Assembly (NCBI GenBank): GCA_965248445.1
Contig: CBDFJG010000003.1
Coordinates: 704,001-768,000 of the forward strand
DNA: 64,000 nt
Direction: 5' to 3'
Source: Planctomycetota bacterium
Lineage (GTDB): Bacteria > Planctomycetota > JAJSAM01 > JAJVHW01
Of the stretch, positions 10,093-22,954 are shown one piece after another. The notes beneath the pieces are model-generated. The model searched no databases and was not told the DNA's origin. It was given only the letters and a program-made list of their open reading frames with translations. The number at the start of each line of letters is the position of its first letter. Positions within the stretch are counted from its first letter, which is position 1. A program made the position numbers and the translations under genes.

Positions 10093-11145
10093 TTACGCGC
10101 GGGCGATCGCCAGTTCGACCAGGACCTCGCACAGTTCTGCGAACGACATCCCCGCGTTGAGCGCGGATTTCGGGCTCAGGGACTCGGGGGTCATGCCGGG
10201 GATCGTGTTGGTCTCGAGAAACCACGGCACGCCGTCGTCGTCGCAGATGAAGTCGCTGCGCGACAGGCCGTCGCAACGCAGCACCCGATGCGCCGTGACC
10301 GACGCCGCCTGCACGCGCTCGCGGACGTCGTCCGGAATACGCGCCGGACAGATTTCGTCGCTGGCACCCTCGTACTTGGCCTCGAAGTCGAAGAACTCCC
10401 TCCCCCGCGGCACGATCTCAACGACGGGAAGGGCGCGCAGAGTGCCGCCGCTGTTGCCGAGGACGGGACACGAGACCTCGGTCCCCACGATGCGCTGCTC
10501 GATGAGCGCACGCCCGAATCCGTCCCTCGACGCGCCGTCCCCCAGCGCAATCTGCACGGCCGCGGGAAGGTCCACGGCCCGATCCACGAGCGTGATGCCG
10601 AACGAGGACCCGTCCTGGGCGGGCTTGACGACCCACGGACCGGTCACGCCCAGTTCTGTCAGACCGGGCGGCTCTACCAGGCCGGGGTCGGTCAGGTCGG
10701 TCAGCTCGTCGCCTCGCCCGACGCTTCGCCAGGCGGGCGTGCGGATGCCGTGGTGGCAGAGCACCTCTTTCGTGCGTTCCTTGTCCATCGCGAGCGCGCT
10801 GGCAGCGACACCCGAACCCGTGTACGGGATGCCCGCCGTCTCGAGGACACCCTGAACGGTGCCGTCCTCACCCCACGGGCCGTGCAGCGCCACGAAGACG
10901 GCGTCGACGTGGCCGCCGTGCTCGGCCACGCGGCGCAGGCCGGTCTCCGGCGCCTCGCCGGACGTGAGCAGCGGCGCCGCACCTCCGGGAAGGAGCCACC
11001 GGCCGTCCTGCTCGATCGTCACGGGCAGCACGTCGAGCCCCCGAGTTCCGAGTGCTTGCGACACGGCGGCGCCGCTCTTTCGCGAGATGCCGTGTTCGCG
11101 CGACGGCCCGCCCATCAGCACGGCGACGCGGCGCGGGACCTTCAT
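10093..11145 (-). CDS. ddl: D-alanine--D-alanine ligase
   Basis: VAVLMGGPSREH.IS..SG, ALHGPWGEDGTVQG, LAMDK, FDFEAKY and LETNTIPGMT motifs. Confidence 0.95.
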   Translation of the reverse strand: MKVPRRVAVLMGGPSREHGISRKSGAAVSQALGTRGLDVLPVTIEQDGRWLLPGGAAPLLTSGEAPETGLRRVAEHGGHVDAVFVALHGPWGEDGTVQGVLETAGIPYTGSGVAASALAMDKERTKEVLCHHGIRTPAWRSVGRGDELTDLTDPGLVEPPGLTELGVTGPWVVKPAQDGSSFGITLVDRAVDLPAAVQIALGDGASRDGFGRALIEQRIVGTEVSCPVLGNSGGTLRALPVVEIVPRGREFFDFEAKYEGASDEICPARIPDDVRERVQAASVTAHRVLRCDGLSRSDFICDDDGVPWFLETNTIPGMTPESLSPKSALNAGMSFAELCEVLVELAIARA

Positions 11146-12494
11146 GCGCGAGCGGGCAGCCCGTGCAGTGCGCGGAACGCGCGCTCGTCGGGAGCCTCGA
11201 GAGGATTGACCTCGGTCAGCCCTGTCGGCACCGGGAGCTCGGCGCGCGCGTACCAGCCGCGGAATGCCCGTACCAGCGCTTGACGGGCGGTCTCCGGGCT
11301 GTCCGCGCCCGCGGCGTTCTTGATGGGCGCGAACTCGGCGGCGCGATCGGTCTCGACGACCAACGCGCGGTCCGTGAACTGAAGCGCGTCGAACAGGAAC
11401 GTCTCGAGCTTCCAGGCGTTCGGTTGATCCGGCGTCACGGCACGACCTTCATCGTCCACGTACGGGACGATCTTCCGGGCCCGGTGGAGCGGCAGCCCGC
11501 GGCCTGCGATTTCGCGCGCGAATCCGAGATCGATCGCGTGGGCGGCGATGCTCCCCTGGCCGAAAACCAGCCGGTCGCCGTCGCGGCGCTGGGCGTCCTC
11601 CGCCGACAGCTCGCTGTACTCGACCACTTCGACGCGTCCGCCCCGGCGTGCGAACACACCGACGCGCTCCTCCGGCTGCGTTTTGGCGACGCTCTTGCTC
11701 GAGAGATGGCTGCGGCTGCTCGCATGGAGCCCGAGAAAGACCGGGTCGACCGGCTGCACGAGCGGATTGTCGACCTGTACGTAGCTGAGAGTCGTGACGC
11801 CGTGGTCGTCGAGCAGGTCGAGCAACTTCGCGTCCCGGAGTGCGCGGTACACGCCGCCGTGCCCGTTCGGAGCGGTGGCTATCCGGTCCTTCGCGGCGAG
11901 GAGCAGCTTCCCGTCATCGTCCACGCAGGGCAGCGTGCCCTGTACGGCAGTGCGCACCCACGTGGGGTCAAGTCCGAACCCGCCGTGCCAGTGCAGGAGA
12001 CGCTCGGTCTGCGCCGCCGTCGCATCCGACACCATGATGATGACGGGGATGCGGCGGCCGATGCGGCGCGTCCAGTGCGTCACCTTCTCCGAGATCCACT
12101 GCAGCAGGGGTTTCCCGGAAGTCGGCCCGCACGGCCACAGTCCCTTCGGTGCCTCGCTGCCAAGACGCGTGCCCTGCCCGCCTGCTGCGATCACCACGGC
12201 GACGCGCCCTTCGTTCAGCAGTTCGATCCCGTGTTCGTGAGCCTCGCGTCGCGCGGTCCGGCCCTCGTCATCGGACGGCAGGGCAGAGAGCGCGTCGCCC
12301 AGCGGCTCGAGCGCGCCGGTCGCTGTCGGCGTCTCCGGTGTCGCGAGGCAGGACAGATCCAGTGCACCGGCCTGAGCGACCAGTCCTCGCAGCGCGCCCT
12401 CGCCGATCTCGCCGCCGTACCGGAAGGCGTGCGACTGGCCGGCCTTCTCGAGGCGCTCGAGCACGTCGTTCCTCTGCAGGTTCCACTGCGTCAC
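11142..12494 (-). CDS. UDPGP-family (UAP1-like) UDP-N-acetylhexosamine/UDP-glucose pyrophosphorylase
   Basis: AAGGQGTRLG...PKG, PNGHGG, QVDNPL, VVEYSEL, KLETFLFD and EFAPIKN motifs; GTG 12494 preceded by GGGAGG. Confidence 0.88.
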   Translation of the reverse strand: MTQWNLQRNDVLERLEKAGQSHAFRYGGEIGEGALRGLVAQAGALDLSCLATPETPTATGALEPLGDALSALPSDDEGRTARREAHEHGIELLNEGRVAVVIAAGGQGTRLGSEAPKGLWPCGPTSGKPLLQWISEKVTHWTRRIGRRIPVIIMVSDATAAQTERLLHWHGGFGLDPTWVRTAVQGTLPCVDDDGKLLLAAKDRIATAPNGHGGVYRALRDAKLLDLLDDHGVTTLSYVQVDNPLVQPVDPVFLGLHASSRSHLSSKSVAKTQPEERVGVFARRGGRVEVVEYSELSAEDAQRRDGDRLVFGQGSIAAHAIDLGFAREIAGRGLPLHRARKIVPYVDDEGRAVTPDQPNAWKLETFLFDALQFTDRALVVETDRAAEFAPIKNAAGADSPETARQALVRAFRGWYARAELPVPTGLTEVNPLEAPDERAFRALHGLPARA

Positions 12495-12559
12495 CGCGAC
12501 CTCCCGAAAGCCCCGCTGCTCTGACTTGCGACGGGCCTGCGAATCTACCATCCGACGAT

Positions 12560-12605
12560 CTACGACCCGCTCTGGCTACGACCCACTCTGGCTACCACCC
12601 GCTCC
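12560..12605. repeat. Imperfect 16-bp tandem repeat x3
   Basis: CTACGACCCGCTCTGG / CTACGACCCACTCTGG / CTACCACCCGCTCC downstream of fabF. Confidence 0.7.
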
Positions 12606-12620
12606 GAGGCTGCTGTGCGC

Positions 12621-13856
12621 TCAGACGGCCGAGACGAGCAGCACGGCGTTGTGGCCGCCGAAGCCGAGGGAGTTGGACAGCGCATGGCGGACGTGCCGCT
12701 CGCGGGCGCCCTCGGTCACGTAGTCGAGGTCGCACTCCGGATCGGGTGTCTCGAGGTTGATCGTCGCGTGCACGCGGCCGTCCCGGATGGTCTGGGCGGT
12801 CACCACGAGTTCGACGGCGCCGGCGCCGCCCAGGAGGTGTCCCAGCATCGACTTCGTGGACGAGACCCACAGGCGGTCGGCGTGCTCGCCGAAGACCTCG
12901 CGGAGCGCGGCGGTCTCCAGGGGATCGTTCACCGGCGTCGAAGTCCCGTGCGCGTTGATGTAGTCGACCTCGGAGGAATCCACGCGCGCGTCGTCGAGCG
13001 CCATCCGCATCGCGGCCACTGCACCGCGTCCGCCCGGGGCCGGCGCCGTGATGTGGAACGCGTCCGCCGTCATCCCGAAGCCGGTGACCTCCGCGTAGAT
13101 CGTGGCGTCGCGACGCCTCGCGTGCTCGTACTCCTCGAACACGAGAGCCCCCGACCCCTCGCCCATGACGAACCCGTCGCGGTCCTTGTCGAACGGGCGG
13201 CTCGCACCCGCGGGATCGTCGTTGCGCGTGGACATGGCCCGCAGCGAGCAGAACCCGGCGATACCGAGGGGCGTGATGGTCGCCTCGGTGCCGCCGGTCA
13301 CCATGATGTCGGCGTCGCCGTGGCGCACCGAACGGAACGCGAGTCCCATCGCGTGGTTGGACGAAGCGCAGGCCGAGGCGGTCACGAAGTTCGGGCCCTG
13401 CAATCCGTGGCGCATCGAGATGCGGCCGGAGATCGCATTCATCATGATCTTCGGGATGAAGTGCGGGCTGACGCGGCGTGGGCCGCGCTCGATCAGCAGT
13501 TCCTTCGTGGCCTCGATGTCGGTGAGCCCGCCGATGCCGACGCCGAACGTGCAACCGGCGCGGTAGGACTCGAACCCGCTCTCGGTCAAGCCGGAGTCGC
13601 GCAGCGCCTCGTCGGAGGCGACGATCCCGAACACCGTGAAGGGATCGAGCTTGCGCAGATCCTTCTTCTCGATGACCGAGCTCGCGTCGAAGCCCTTGAC
13701 CTCGGCAGCGATGTGGCACGCGTACTCCGACGCATCGAAGTGAGTGATGGGCGCGACCCCGGACTGCCCCTCGAGTAGGCGCGCCCACACGTCCTCGGCG
13801 TTGTGCCCGAGGGCGTTGATGCTCCCGACTCCGGTGATGACGACGCGTCGACTCAT
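12621..13856 (-). CDS. fabF: 3-oxoacyl-ACP synthase II
   Basis: RRVVITG, SACAS, SRPFDKDRDGFVMGEG, INAHGTST, KSMLGHLLG and SNSLGFGGHN motifs. Confidence 0.97.
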   Translation of the reverse strand: MSRRVVITGVGSINALGHNAEDVWARLLEGQSGVAPITHFDASEYACHIAAEVKGFDASSVIEKKDLRKLDPFTVFGIVASDEALRDSGLTESGFESYRAGCTFGVGIGGLTDIEATKELLIERGPRRVSPHFIPKIMMNAISGRISMRHGLQGPNFVTASACASSNHAMGLAFRSVRHGDADIMVTGGTEATITPLGIAGFCSLRAMSTRNDDPAGASRPFDKDRDGFVMGEGSGALVFEEYEHARRRDATIYAEVTGFGMTADAFHITAPAPGGRGAVAAMRMALDDARVDSSEVDYINAHGTSTPVNDPLETAALREVFGEHADRLWVSSTKSMLGHLLGGAGAVELVVTAQTIRDGRVHATINLETPDPECDLDYVTEGARERHVRHALSNSLGFGGHNAVLLVSAV

Positions 13857-13972
13857 CGGCTGTTTCCTGCGCGCGGCGAACCGGATCGCGGCGCGCGGAG
13901 GCTCTCCTCAACGATGAACATTCGCGCGCGGATCGTCTCCCGTCAGAGACGGAGGAAGGCCGCGCCCCACTG

Positions 13973-14218
13973 TCAGGTGTGGGATTCGATGTACGTGATG
14001 GCGTCGCCGACGGTCTGGATCTTCTCCGCGTCCTCGTCCGGGATGTTGAGGTCGAATTCGTCCTCGAACTCCATCACGAGTTCCACGGTGTCCAGGCTGT
14101 CGGCACCGAGGTCGTTGATGAACGACGTCTCGTCGGTGATCTTGTCGCGGGAAGCGCCCATCTGCTCGCAGACGATGTCGGTCACTTTTTCCCGGATGTT
14201 GTTCTTGTCATCCGCCAC
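13973..14218 (-). CDS. acpP: Acyl carrier protein
   Basis: [23 protein letters not shown] 14218 with AGGAG RBS. Confidence 0.97.
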   Translation of the reverse strand: MADDKNNIREKVTDIVCEQMGASRDKITDETSFINDLGADSLDTVELVMEFEDEFDLNIPDEDAEKIQTVGDAITYIESHT

Positions 14219-14425
14219 GGGCGAATCTCCTGAGTTAATCACGTTCGAGAAGTGGACGGACCCGCGCCGAAAGGCACCACTCGCCCCACTCGCGTCGCAC
14301 TCGCTCGTCGCTCGCAACGGCGCGGTCAGGCCATGTCCTTGTATCGCCCCTCGCTCTCGGCCGCCGAATTCATTGGGAGGGTCTCCCAGGCTCGAATCGA
14401 CGTGTCGTGACGCGACGTCGCGCAG

Positions 14426-15172
14426 TCAGACCATGCCTCCGTCCACCGCGAGCACCTGACCTGTCACATACGCGGCGCGTTGCGAGAGCAGGAAGGTGAC
14501 CGCGGGCGCGATCTCCGCGGCCGTCGCCGGACGCCCTAGCGGGACTCCGGCGAGCATCGCGATCCGTGCGTTCTCCGGCAGTTCCGACGTCATGTCGGTT
14601 TCGACGAAGCCGGGCGCCACGGCGTTGCAGCGCACGCCCCGTCCACCGAGTTCCTTGGCCACGGACTTCGTGAATCCGATGAGCCCGGCCTTGCTGGCGG
14701 CGTAGTTCGCCTGGCCCGCGTTGCCGGTCAGGCCGACGACGCTCGTGATGTTGACGATCGCCCCACCGCGCGCCTTCGTGAACGTCCGCGTGAGTGCACG
14801 CACGAAGTAGAACGCGCCCTTCAGGTTGACGTCGATGACGCGATCGATGTCCTCGTCCTTCATGCGCATGAGGAGTCCGTCCCGCGTGATGCCCGCGTTG
14901 TTGACGAGTCCGTGGCATGCACCGTGTGCGTCCAGCGCAGACTTGACCGCGGTGCTCACAGATTCCGAGTTGCCTGCGTCTACTGCGTGGCGCGTCACAT
15001 TCGGTGCGCCCAGTTCGCGACATGCAGACTCGGTTCCAGACGTGCCGTCTTCGGACGTTGCGAACAGAGCGAGCGACGCGCCCTGACGCGCGCACTCCTC
15101 GGCGATCGCACGACCGATCCCGCGCGAAGCGCCCGTGACGAACACGGTCTTGCCACCCAGTTCACCCGACAT
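14426..15172 (-). CDS. fabG: 3-oxoacyl-ACP reductase
   Basis: TGASRGIG, NNAGITRDGLLMRM, GNAGQANYAASK; fab operon context. Confidence 0.96.
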   Translation of the reverse strand: MSGELGGKTVFVTGASRGIGRAIAEECARQGASLALFATSEDGTSGTESACRELGAPNVTRHAVDAGNSESVSTAVKSALDAHGACHGLVNNAGITRDGLLMRMKDEDIDRVIDVNLKGAFYFVRALTRTFTKARGGAIVNITSVVGLTGNAGQANYAASKAGLIGFTKSVAKELGGRGVRCNAVAPGFVETDMTSELPENARIAMLAGVPLGRPATAAEIAPAVTFLLSQRAAYVTGQVLAVDGGMV

Positions 15173-15198
15173 CAGGTCCTCCTCCATGCGCCGTGGCG

Positions 15199-16140
15199 CT
15201 AGCTCAGATCCGCCGGCTCGCCGTACGTCCGCACCTTGATCGAGCGGTCGATCTTCCGCACGAACGCGGAGAGCGTCTTGCCGGGTCCCGGCTCCACGAA
15301 GTCGATCCCAGTGCCGACGGTCGCGGTGCCGATAGTCTCCATCGCGCCGCGCAGTGAGCGTTCGAACAAGACCGGCGAGACAACCTGCCGCTCGAGAGTT
15401 TCGCGGGCAGTCGCGCCGTCCGTTACCTCTGCGGCCGTGACGTTCGAGACCACGGGCACCGCCGGGTCCGCAAACTCGACCTCCGCGAGGTCGGCGGCGA
15501 GCCTGTCGGCCGCCGGTTGCATGACGGGTGAGTGAAACGCACCGGCCACGTTGAGCTCGACGACGCGACGGGCTCCGGCGTCGGTCAGCCGCTCGCAGGC
15601 CTGCACGAGCGCGCCGTTCTCGCCGCTCACGACCACCTGCCCGGGTGCATTCAGGTTGGCGACGACGACGACGCCGCCGCCAGCGCGCACCTCGCCACAG
15701 ATCTCCTCGACGCGCTCCGGGCTGAGCCCCATCACCGCGGCCATTCCCGACGGAGTCGCGTCCGACGCCTCCTGCATGTACTGGCCCCGCCGAGCGACCA
15801 GCCGGACCGCGTCCTCGAAGGAGAGCGTCCCCGCCAGGTGGTGCGCCGTGTACTCACCCAGACTGAGTCCGAGCAGGAGTCTGATCGCCGACCGGTCGAG
15901 CAAGCCCTCCTCCTCCAGCACGGCGACGATCGCGGCGGTACACGTCAGGATGGCGGGCTGGCAGACGTCCGTGCGGGCTACGTCCTCGTCCGTCCCCTCG
16001 AACACCGTCTTCGTCAGCGGCATCCCGAGGGCGTCGTCGGCGCGCCGGAACGTCTCGCGTGCGACCGGCCAGCGCTCGGCGAACTCGCGGCCCATACCCG
16101 CGAACTGAGCGCCCTGACCCGGGCAGAGGAGAACCGTCAT
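15199..16140 (-). CDS. fabD: Malonyl-CoA:ACP transacylase
   Basis: PGQGAQ, GLSLGEY, ANLNAPGQVVVSG and VAGAFHS motifs. Confidence 0.96.
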   Translation of the reverse strand: MTVLLCPGQGAQFAGMGREFAERWPVARETFRRADDALGMPLTKTVFEGTDEDVARTDVCQPAILTCTAAIVAVLEEEGLLDRSAIRLLLGLSLGEYTAHHLAGTLSFEDAVRLVARRGQYMQEASDATPSGMAAVMGLSPERVEEICGEVRAGGGVVVVANLNAPGQVVVSGENGALVQACERLTDAGARRVVELNVAGAFHSPVMQPAADRLAADLAEVEFADPAVPVVSNVTAAEVTDGATARETLERQVVSPVLFERSLRGAMETIGTATVGTGIDFVEPGPGKTLSAFVRKIDRSIKVRTYGEPADLS

Positions 16141-17171
16141 GCTGCGTCTTCTCCGTCGCCGCTGTCCGAGTCCTCGAGCGCGGCCAGTCCGTGCGCGATC
16201 CGCTCGTTGACTCCGTCCCGCACGTACGTGTCGGCGGCGGCGATCGCGTTTGCTATGGCCGACGCCGGACTGCGGCCGTGGCAGATCACGATGGCTCCTT
16301 CGTGCCCCATGAGCGGTGCTCCGCCGTACCGCGTGTAGTCAGTGCGGTGCCGCAGATCATCCAGGGCCTCGGTGACCGTGGCGTCGTCGCCGTTCCCGGC
16401 CGTCGCGGAGAGTCGGCCGAGCATGTGATGGACGAACGCGTCGAGGAGCCCCTCGGAGGCCTTCAGGATCACATTTCCCACGAACCCCTCGCAGACGATC
16501 ACGTCCAGGTCACCGGCGAAGATCTGCTGGCCCTCGACGTTTCCGACGAAGTCGATGCCCGGCAGCCGGCCGAGCGCGTCGAATGCCTCGCGCATGCGCG
16601 GCTCGCCCTTCGCCTCCTCCTCGCCGATGGCGAGCAGTCCCGCTCGCGGCACGGCCGTACCCACCACGGCCCGCGTGTACTCCGCGCCCATCACGGCGTA
16701 TTGAACAAGGTCGCCGGGGCGCGCCTGCGGGTTGGCGCCTACGTCGATGATGACACAGTGGCCGGTTCGGGTCGGGAACGGGGCTGCGATCCCGGCCCGC
16801 CGGACGCCCGGCAGCCGCGGCAGACCGAACGACGCCGCGGCCACAACGCCGCCGGTGTTTCCCGCGGACACGAGCGCGTCCGCCCGGCCGTCGGCCACCA
16901 GCTGCACGGCCCGGGCGATCGACGTGTCGTCCTTGCGCCGCACCGCCTCGACGGGACTCTCGTGCATCTCGACGACGTCGTCGGCATGGACGACAGAGAG
17001 GCCGGTAGGAAGACCGTCCGGCAGCTCGGCGAGGATCGCCGGCTCGGCGCCGACGAGGATCACACTCAGTCCCGGCGTCCGTTCGAGAGCCGCCAGCGCG
17101 CCGGCTACGCAGACGATCGGCGCGAAGTCGCCCCCCATCGCGTCCACCGCCACACGCGTATTGCTGGGCAT
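16137..17171 (-). CDS. plsX: Phosphate acyltransferase
   Basis: VAVDAMGGDFAP, VSAGNTG, DVGAN, GNVEG and YGGAPLMG motifs. Confidence 0.96.
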   Translation of the reverse strand: MPSNTRVAVDAMGGDFAPIVCVAGALAALERTPGLSVILVGAEPAILAELPDGLPTGLSVVHADDVVEMHESPVEAVRRKDDTSIARAVQLVADGRADALVSAGNTGGVVAAASFGLPRLPGVRRAGIAAPFPTRTGHCVIIDVGANPQARPGDLVQYAVMGAEYTRAVVGTAVPRAGLLAIGEEEAKGEPRMREAFDALGRLPGIDFVGNVEGQQIFAGDLDVIVCEGFVGNVILKASEGLLDAFVHHMLGRLSATAGNGDDATVTEALDDLRHRTDYTRYGGAPLMGHEGAIVICHGRSPASAIANAIAAADTYVRDGVNERIAHGLAALEDSDSGDGEDAA

Positions 17172-17206
17172 ATCGAGCGCGTCTCAGCCGGTCGGCCGGC
17201 GTGGCG

Positions 17207-17416
17207 CTACACCCCGTCGGTGAAGAGGACCTGGCGAGTCGACGAGGACTTGCCCTTGCGACGCACCCGGTAGTGTCCGCACGTCGGGCAGATCGAGTGC
17301 GGCGGCGTGGCCTGGCCGCAGTTGCCGCAGGGCACGAGGTGCGCCGGGGTCAGGTTGTCGTGGGTGCGCCTCTTGCGCTTCTTCGACTTCGACGTCTTGA
17401 ACTTCGGGACGGCCAC
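17207..17416 (-). CDS. rpmF: 50S ribosomal protein L32 (zinc-ribbon type)
   Basis: MAVPK.KTSKSK...CGNCG....PHSICPTCG.Y; AAGGAGG RBS. Confidence 0.95.
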   Translation of the reverse strand: MAVPKFKTSKSKKRKRRTHDNLTPAHLVPCGNCGQATPPHSICPTCGHYRVRRKGKSSSTRQVLFTDGV

Positions 17417-17566
17417 CGGCGCCTCCTTGCCCACTGCGGTGCCCACCCGGTTGCGATCCGGGTGTGCGATCGGGGCGAACCCCGGACTCTAGCGAGGCCC
17501 GGAACTCCCCCGACGTTCTTTCGGGGCTGCCCCCAAGCCCTGGCACAGGGCCGCCTCAGCCTCGGA

Positions 17567-20230
<2,664 letters not shown>

Positions 20231-20416
20231 CGGTGCCTCCTCGCCGGCCGACGGCACGACGAACTCGGCATTCTGTTGCGCCGAGACCCCATCCCGACGG
20301 GAAAGCCGCCGGTCCGGGCGCCGCCCCTCACCCGACCCCTGGAGCGCCGGCTGGCGGTCTCGCCCGATCCACAGAGGGTCCCACCCCCACGCGGCGCCGG
20401 TCCGATCCGAATCGTG

Positions 20417-20436
20417 CCAACAGCGTCAGCTGTTGG
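20417..20436. repeat. REP-like palindrome, variant copy
   Basis: CCAACAGC-GTCA-GCTGTTGG, with the same loop and similar flanks to the CCATCCGC-GTCA-GCGGATGG family. Confidence 0.6.
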
Positions 20437-20452
20437 ACCAGACATAACGAAC

Positions 20453-20479
20453 AACGAGCCGGCTTACGCCGGCTCGTTG
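20453..20479 (-). terminator. Stem-loop, probable terminator downstream of recA
   Basis: AACGAGCCGGC-TTAC-GCCGGCTCGTT; on the minus strand it is followed by GTTCGTT. Confidence 0.5.
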
Positions 20480-20572
20480 AGAGTGAAGGCCGTTCTCACT
20501 GGCACCTGCTGTGGATGCAGCCGGGACCGGAGTGCTGTCAGGCAGACGACCTCCGCCGTCAGGATCTCAATT

Positions 20573-21664
20573 AGGGGCTCCCCCCTTCGCTCAGGTTGAG
20601 CGTCCGATCGGGTGACTAACATCGCACTTACAAGGAGGTGCGATGACCGGTGCCATGATCCCCTTTGCGCGCGACGACTCGCTGCCGGGCACACTCGCCG
20701 AGTTTGTCGTGAGGTTCTCCGACGAAGATCGGTGTGCAGCCCTGCTGCGCCGGTGGAAGTACGGCGAGGGCGGCTTCCGCTGTCCAGCGTGCGGCGGCGA
20801 GGAGGCGTGGTTCCTGCCGTCACGCCGGCTCGACGAGTGTTGTGCCTGCCACAAGCAGGTTTCGCTCACCGCCGGCACCGTCATGCACGGGTCTCGCAAG
20901 CCGCTACGGCTGTGGTTCCTGGCCATGTATCTGTTCGTGTCGAGCAAGCGAGGCATCTCCGCACTCGAGCTGCAGCGCGAGCTTGGACTGGCCAAGTACC
21001 AGACCGCTTGGACATGGCTGCACAAGTTGCGAAACGCCATCGCGATGCGATCCACCGCGCCGCTGCGCGGACACCTCGAGATCGACGAGACCTGGGAAGG
21101 CGGACTGCGACATGGCCGGCCGGGGCGTCCCAAGGTCGGCGACCGCAGCGCGCTGGTCATGGGAGCCGTCGAGATCTCACCGCGTCACGCCCTCATCGGT
21201 CGCATCCGTCTCGAATCCATCGCCGATGGTTCGGCTGACACGGTCAAGGCGTTCCTCGAGCAGCACGTCGCCGCACGCTCAGTGCTGTTCACCGACGACT
21301 GGCGTAGCTATCGAAAGCCGGCTGACGACTTGGAGCACGACCATCGACCGACCAACGTGTCGAAGTCCGACGACGAGGCACACGTTGTGCTACCTGCGAT
21401 CCACCGCGTCTTCTCGCTGCTCCATCGCGTGCTCTTGGGCACGTTCCAGGGCGGCGTGCGACGCAAGTACCTCCCCAGCTACCTGGCGGAGTTCGAGTTC
21501 CGGTTCAACCGACGCACATCGAAGCGACGTGGACTGCTGTTCCAACGACTACTCGCCTGCGCCGTGCGGCGATGCCCTCCCTTCCACTGGGAGATCGTTG
21601 GGCGAACCGATGCGCGCACGCCACTCGCCGCCGCAGCCTGACCTGAGTGAAGAGGGGATCCCCT
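20573..21664 (+). mobile_element. IS1595-family insertion sequence (1092 bp)
   Basis: ~24-bp IRs (AGGGGCTCCCCCCTTCGCTCAGGT / revcomp AGGGGATCCCCTCTTCACTCAGGT); perfect 8-bp target duplication TCTCAATT at 20565-20572 and 21665-21672. Confidence 0.93.
20643..21641 (+). CDS. IS1595-family transposase (possibly ISSod11-like, DDH type)
   Basis: Zn ribbon CPACG...CCAC..QVSLTAGT; GISALELQRELG, EIDET, TDDW, LPAIHRVFS and YLAEFEFRFNRR motifs. Confidence 0.92.
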   Translation: MTGAMIPFARDDSLPGTLAEFVVRFSDEDRCAALLRRWKYGEGGFRCPACGGEEAWFLPSRRLDECCACHKQVSLTAGTVMHGSRKPLRLWFLAMYLFVSSKRGISALELQRELGLAKYQTAWTWLHKLRNAIAMRSTAPLRGHLEIDETWEGGLRHGRPGRPKVGDRSALVMGAVEISPRHALIGRIRLESIADGSADTVKAFLEQHVAARSVLFTDDWRSYRKPADDLEHDHRPTNVSKSDDEAHVVLPAIHRVFSLLHRVLLGTFQGGVRRKYLPSYLAEFEFRFNRRTSKRRGLLFQRLLACAVRRCPPFHWEIVGRTDARTPLAAAA

Positions 21665-21685
21665 TCTCAATTTAGTCTATGTCGT

Positions 21686-22861
21686 CTATGTCGTCTGGGG
21701 CGCGGTCAGGTCAGCGGTCACGCTATCCGCCCCATCCGACACCCCCGATGCTGCCGCGCCGGTCTCGGGCTCCTCGGCTTCGTAGAGATCCGGGAGCTCG
21801 GCCCGGAGTACCTTCTCCTGGACCTCCTCCAGCATCTCCGGGGTCTCCCGGAGCAGCGTGCAGACCCGTTCCCGGCCCTGTCCGAGCCGCTCACCCTGGT
21901 AGCTGAACCAGGAGCCCGCCTTCTCGATGATGCGGTGTGTGACCGCGAGATCGAGCACCTCGGCCTCGCGGTAAATGCCCTGGTTGAAACGGATCTCGAA
22001 CTCCGTGCGGCGGAACGGCGGGGCGATCTTGTTCTTCACCACCGTGGCCTTGACGCGGCTGCCGACGACATCGTCGCGGTCCTTGACCTGACCGATGCGG
22101 CGCAGGTCGATGCGCACCGATGCGTAGAACTTCAACGCCCGGCCGCCGGGCTGCGTCTCGGGGCTGCCGAACATGACGCCGATCTTCTCGCGGATCTGGT
22201 TCGTGAAGACCACGGTCGTCGTGCTCCGGGCGATGGCGCCCGTCAGCTTGCGAAGGGCCTGGGACATCAGGCGCGCCTGCAGGCCCACGTGCGTGTCCCC
22301 CATCTCGCCCTCGAGCTCCGCACGTGGCACCAGTGCCGCCACGGAGTCGATGACCACGATGTCGACGGCGTTCGAACGCACGAGGGTCTCGACGATCTCG
22401 AGCGCCTGTTCGCCGGAGTCCGGCTGGGAGATGAGCAAGTCGTCCACGTTCACGCCGACCCGCGCGGCGTAGTTGGGGTCGAGGGCGTGCTCGGCGTCCA
22501 CGAAGGCGGCGGTGCCGCCCAGCTTCTGCACCTCGGCGACGAGGTGGGACGTGAGGGTCGTCTTGCCCGACGCCTCGGGGCCGTAGATCTCGATGATGCG
22601 TCCGCGGGGGATGCCCCGGCCGCCGAGTGCCAGATCGAGCCCCAGGCTGCCGGTCGAGACGCATTGCACGCTCATGCGTGACGCCTCGTTCATCCGCATG
22701 ATCGCGCCCTTGCCGAACTGCCGTTCGATCTGCGCGATGGCAGCGTCGAGCGCTTGCTTGCGCCGGTCGCCGGAGAGCCGCTGGCCCCCGGAGAGCGCCA
22801 CGCCTCCATCACTGTGGCGCGTCGTCGAGCGCTCGGACGTCTTGTTGTTTCGCCTCACCAT
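21686..22861 (-). CDS. recA: Recombinase A
   Basis: [38 protein letters not shown] and [12 protein letters not shown] motifs; ATG 22861 has GAGGAG RBS, alternative GTG near 22801. Confidence 0.98.
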   Translation of the reverse strand: MVRRNNKTSERSTTRHSDGGVALSGGQRLSGDRRKQALDAAIAQIERQFGKGAIMRMNEASRMSVQCVSTGSLGLDLALGGRGIPRGRIIEIYGPEASGKTTLTSHLVAEVQKLGGTAAFVDAEHALDPNYAARVGVNVDDLLISQPDSGEQALEIVETLVRSNAVDIVVIDSVAALVPRAELEGEMGDTHVGLQARLMSQALRKLTGAIARSTTTVVFTNQIREKIGVMFGSPETQPGGRALKFYASVRIDLRRIGQVKDRDDVVGSRVKATVVKNKIAPPFRRTEFEIRFNQGIYREAEVLDLAVTHRIIEKAGSWFSYQGERLGQGRERVCTLLRETPEMLEEVQEKVLRAELPDLYEAEEPETGAAASGVSDGADSVTADLTAPQTT

Positions 22862-22954
22862 CTGGTCACTCCTCACCTTCGATCAGGTTCTGCCGGTCGT
22901 ATCTGTGAATGTGCTGAAAGGACGCTGCTTGCTGGATCAGCGAGCCAGCCTGAA

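Noticed and set aside
20231..20410. T-box or riboswitch leader for alaS
   Set aside because: GC-rich stems are present, but no T-box consensus or recognisable aptamer was seen.
22862..22954. LexA/SOS box upstream of recA
   Set aside because: No convincing palindrome or known SOS consensus was recognised.
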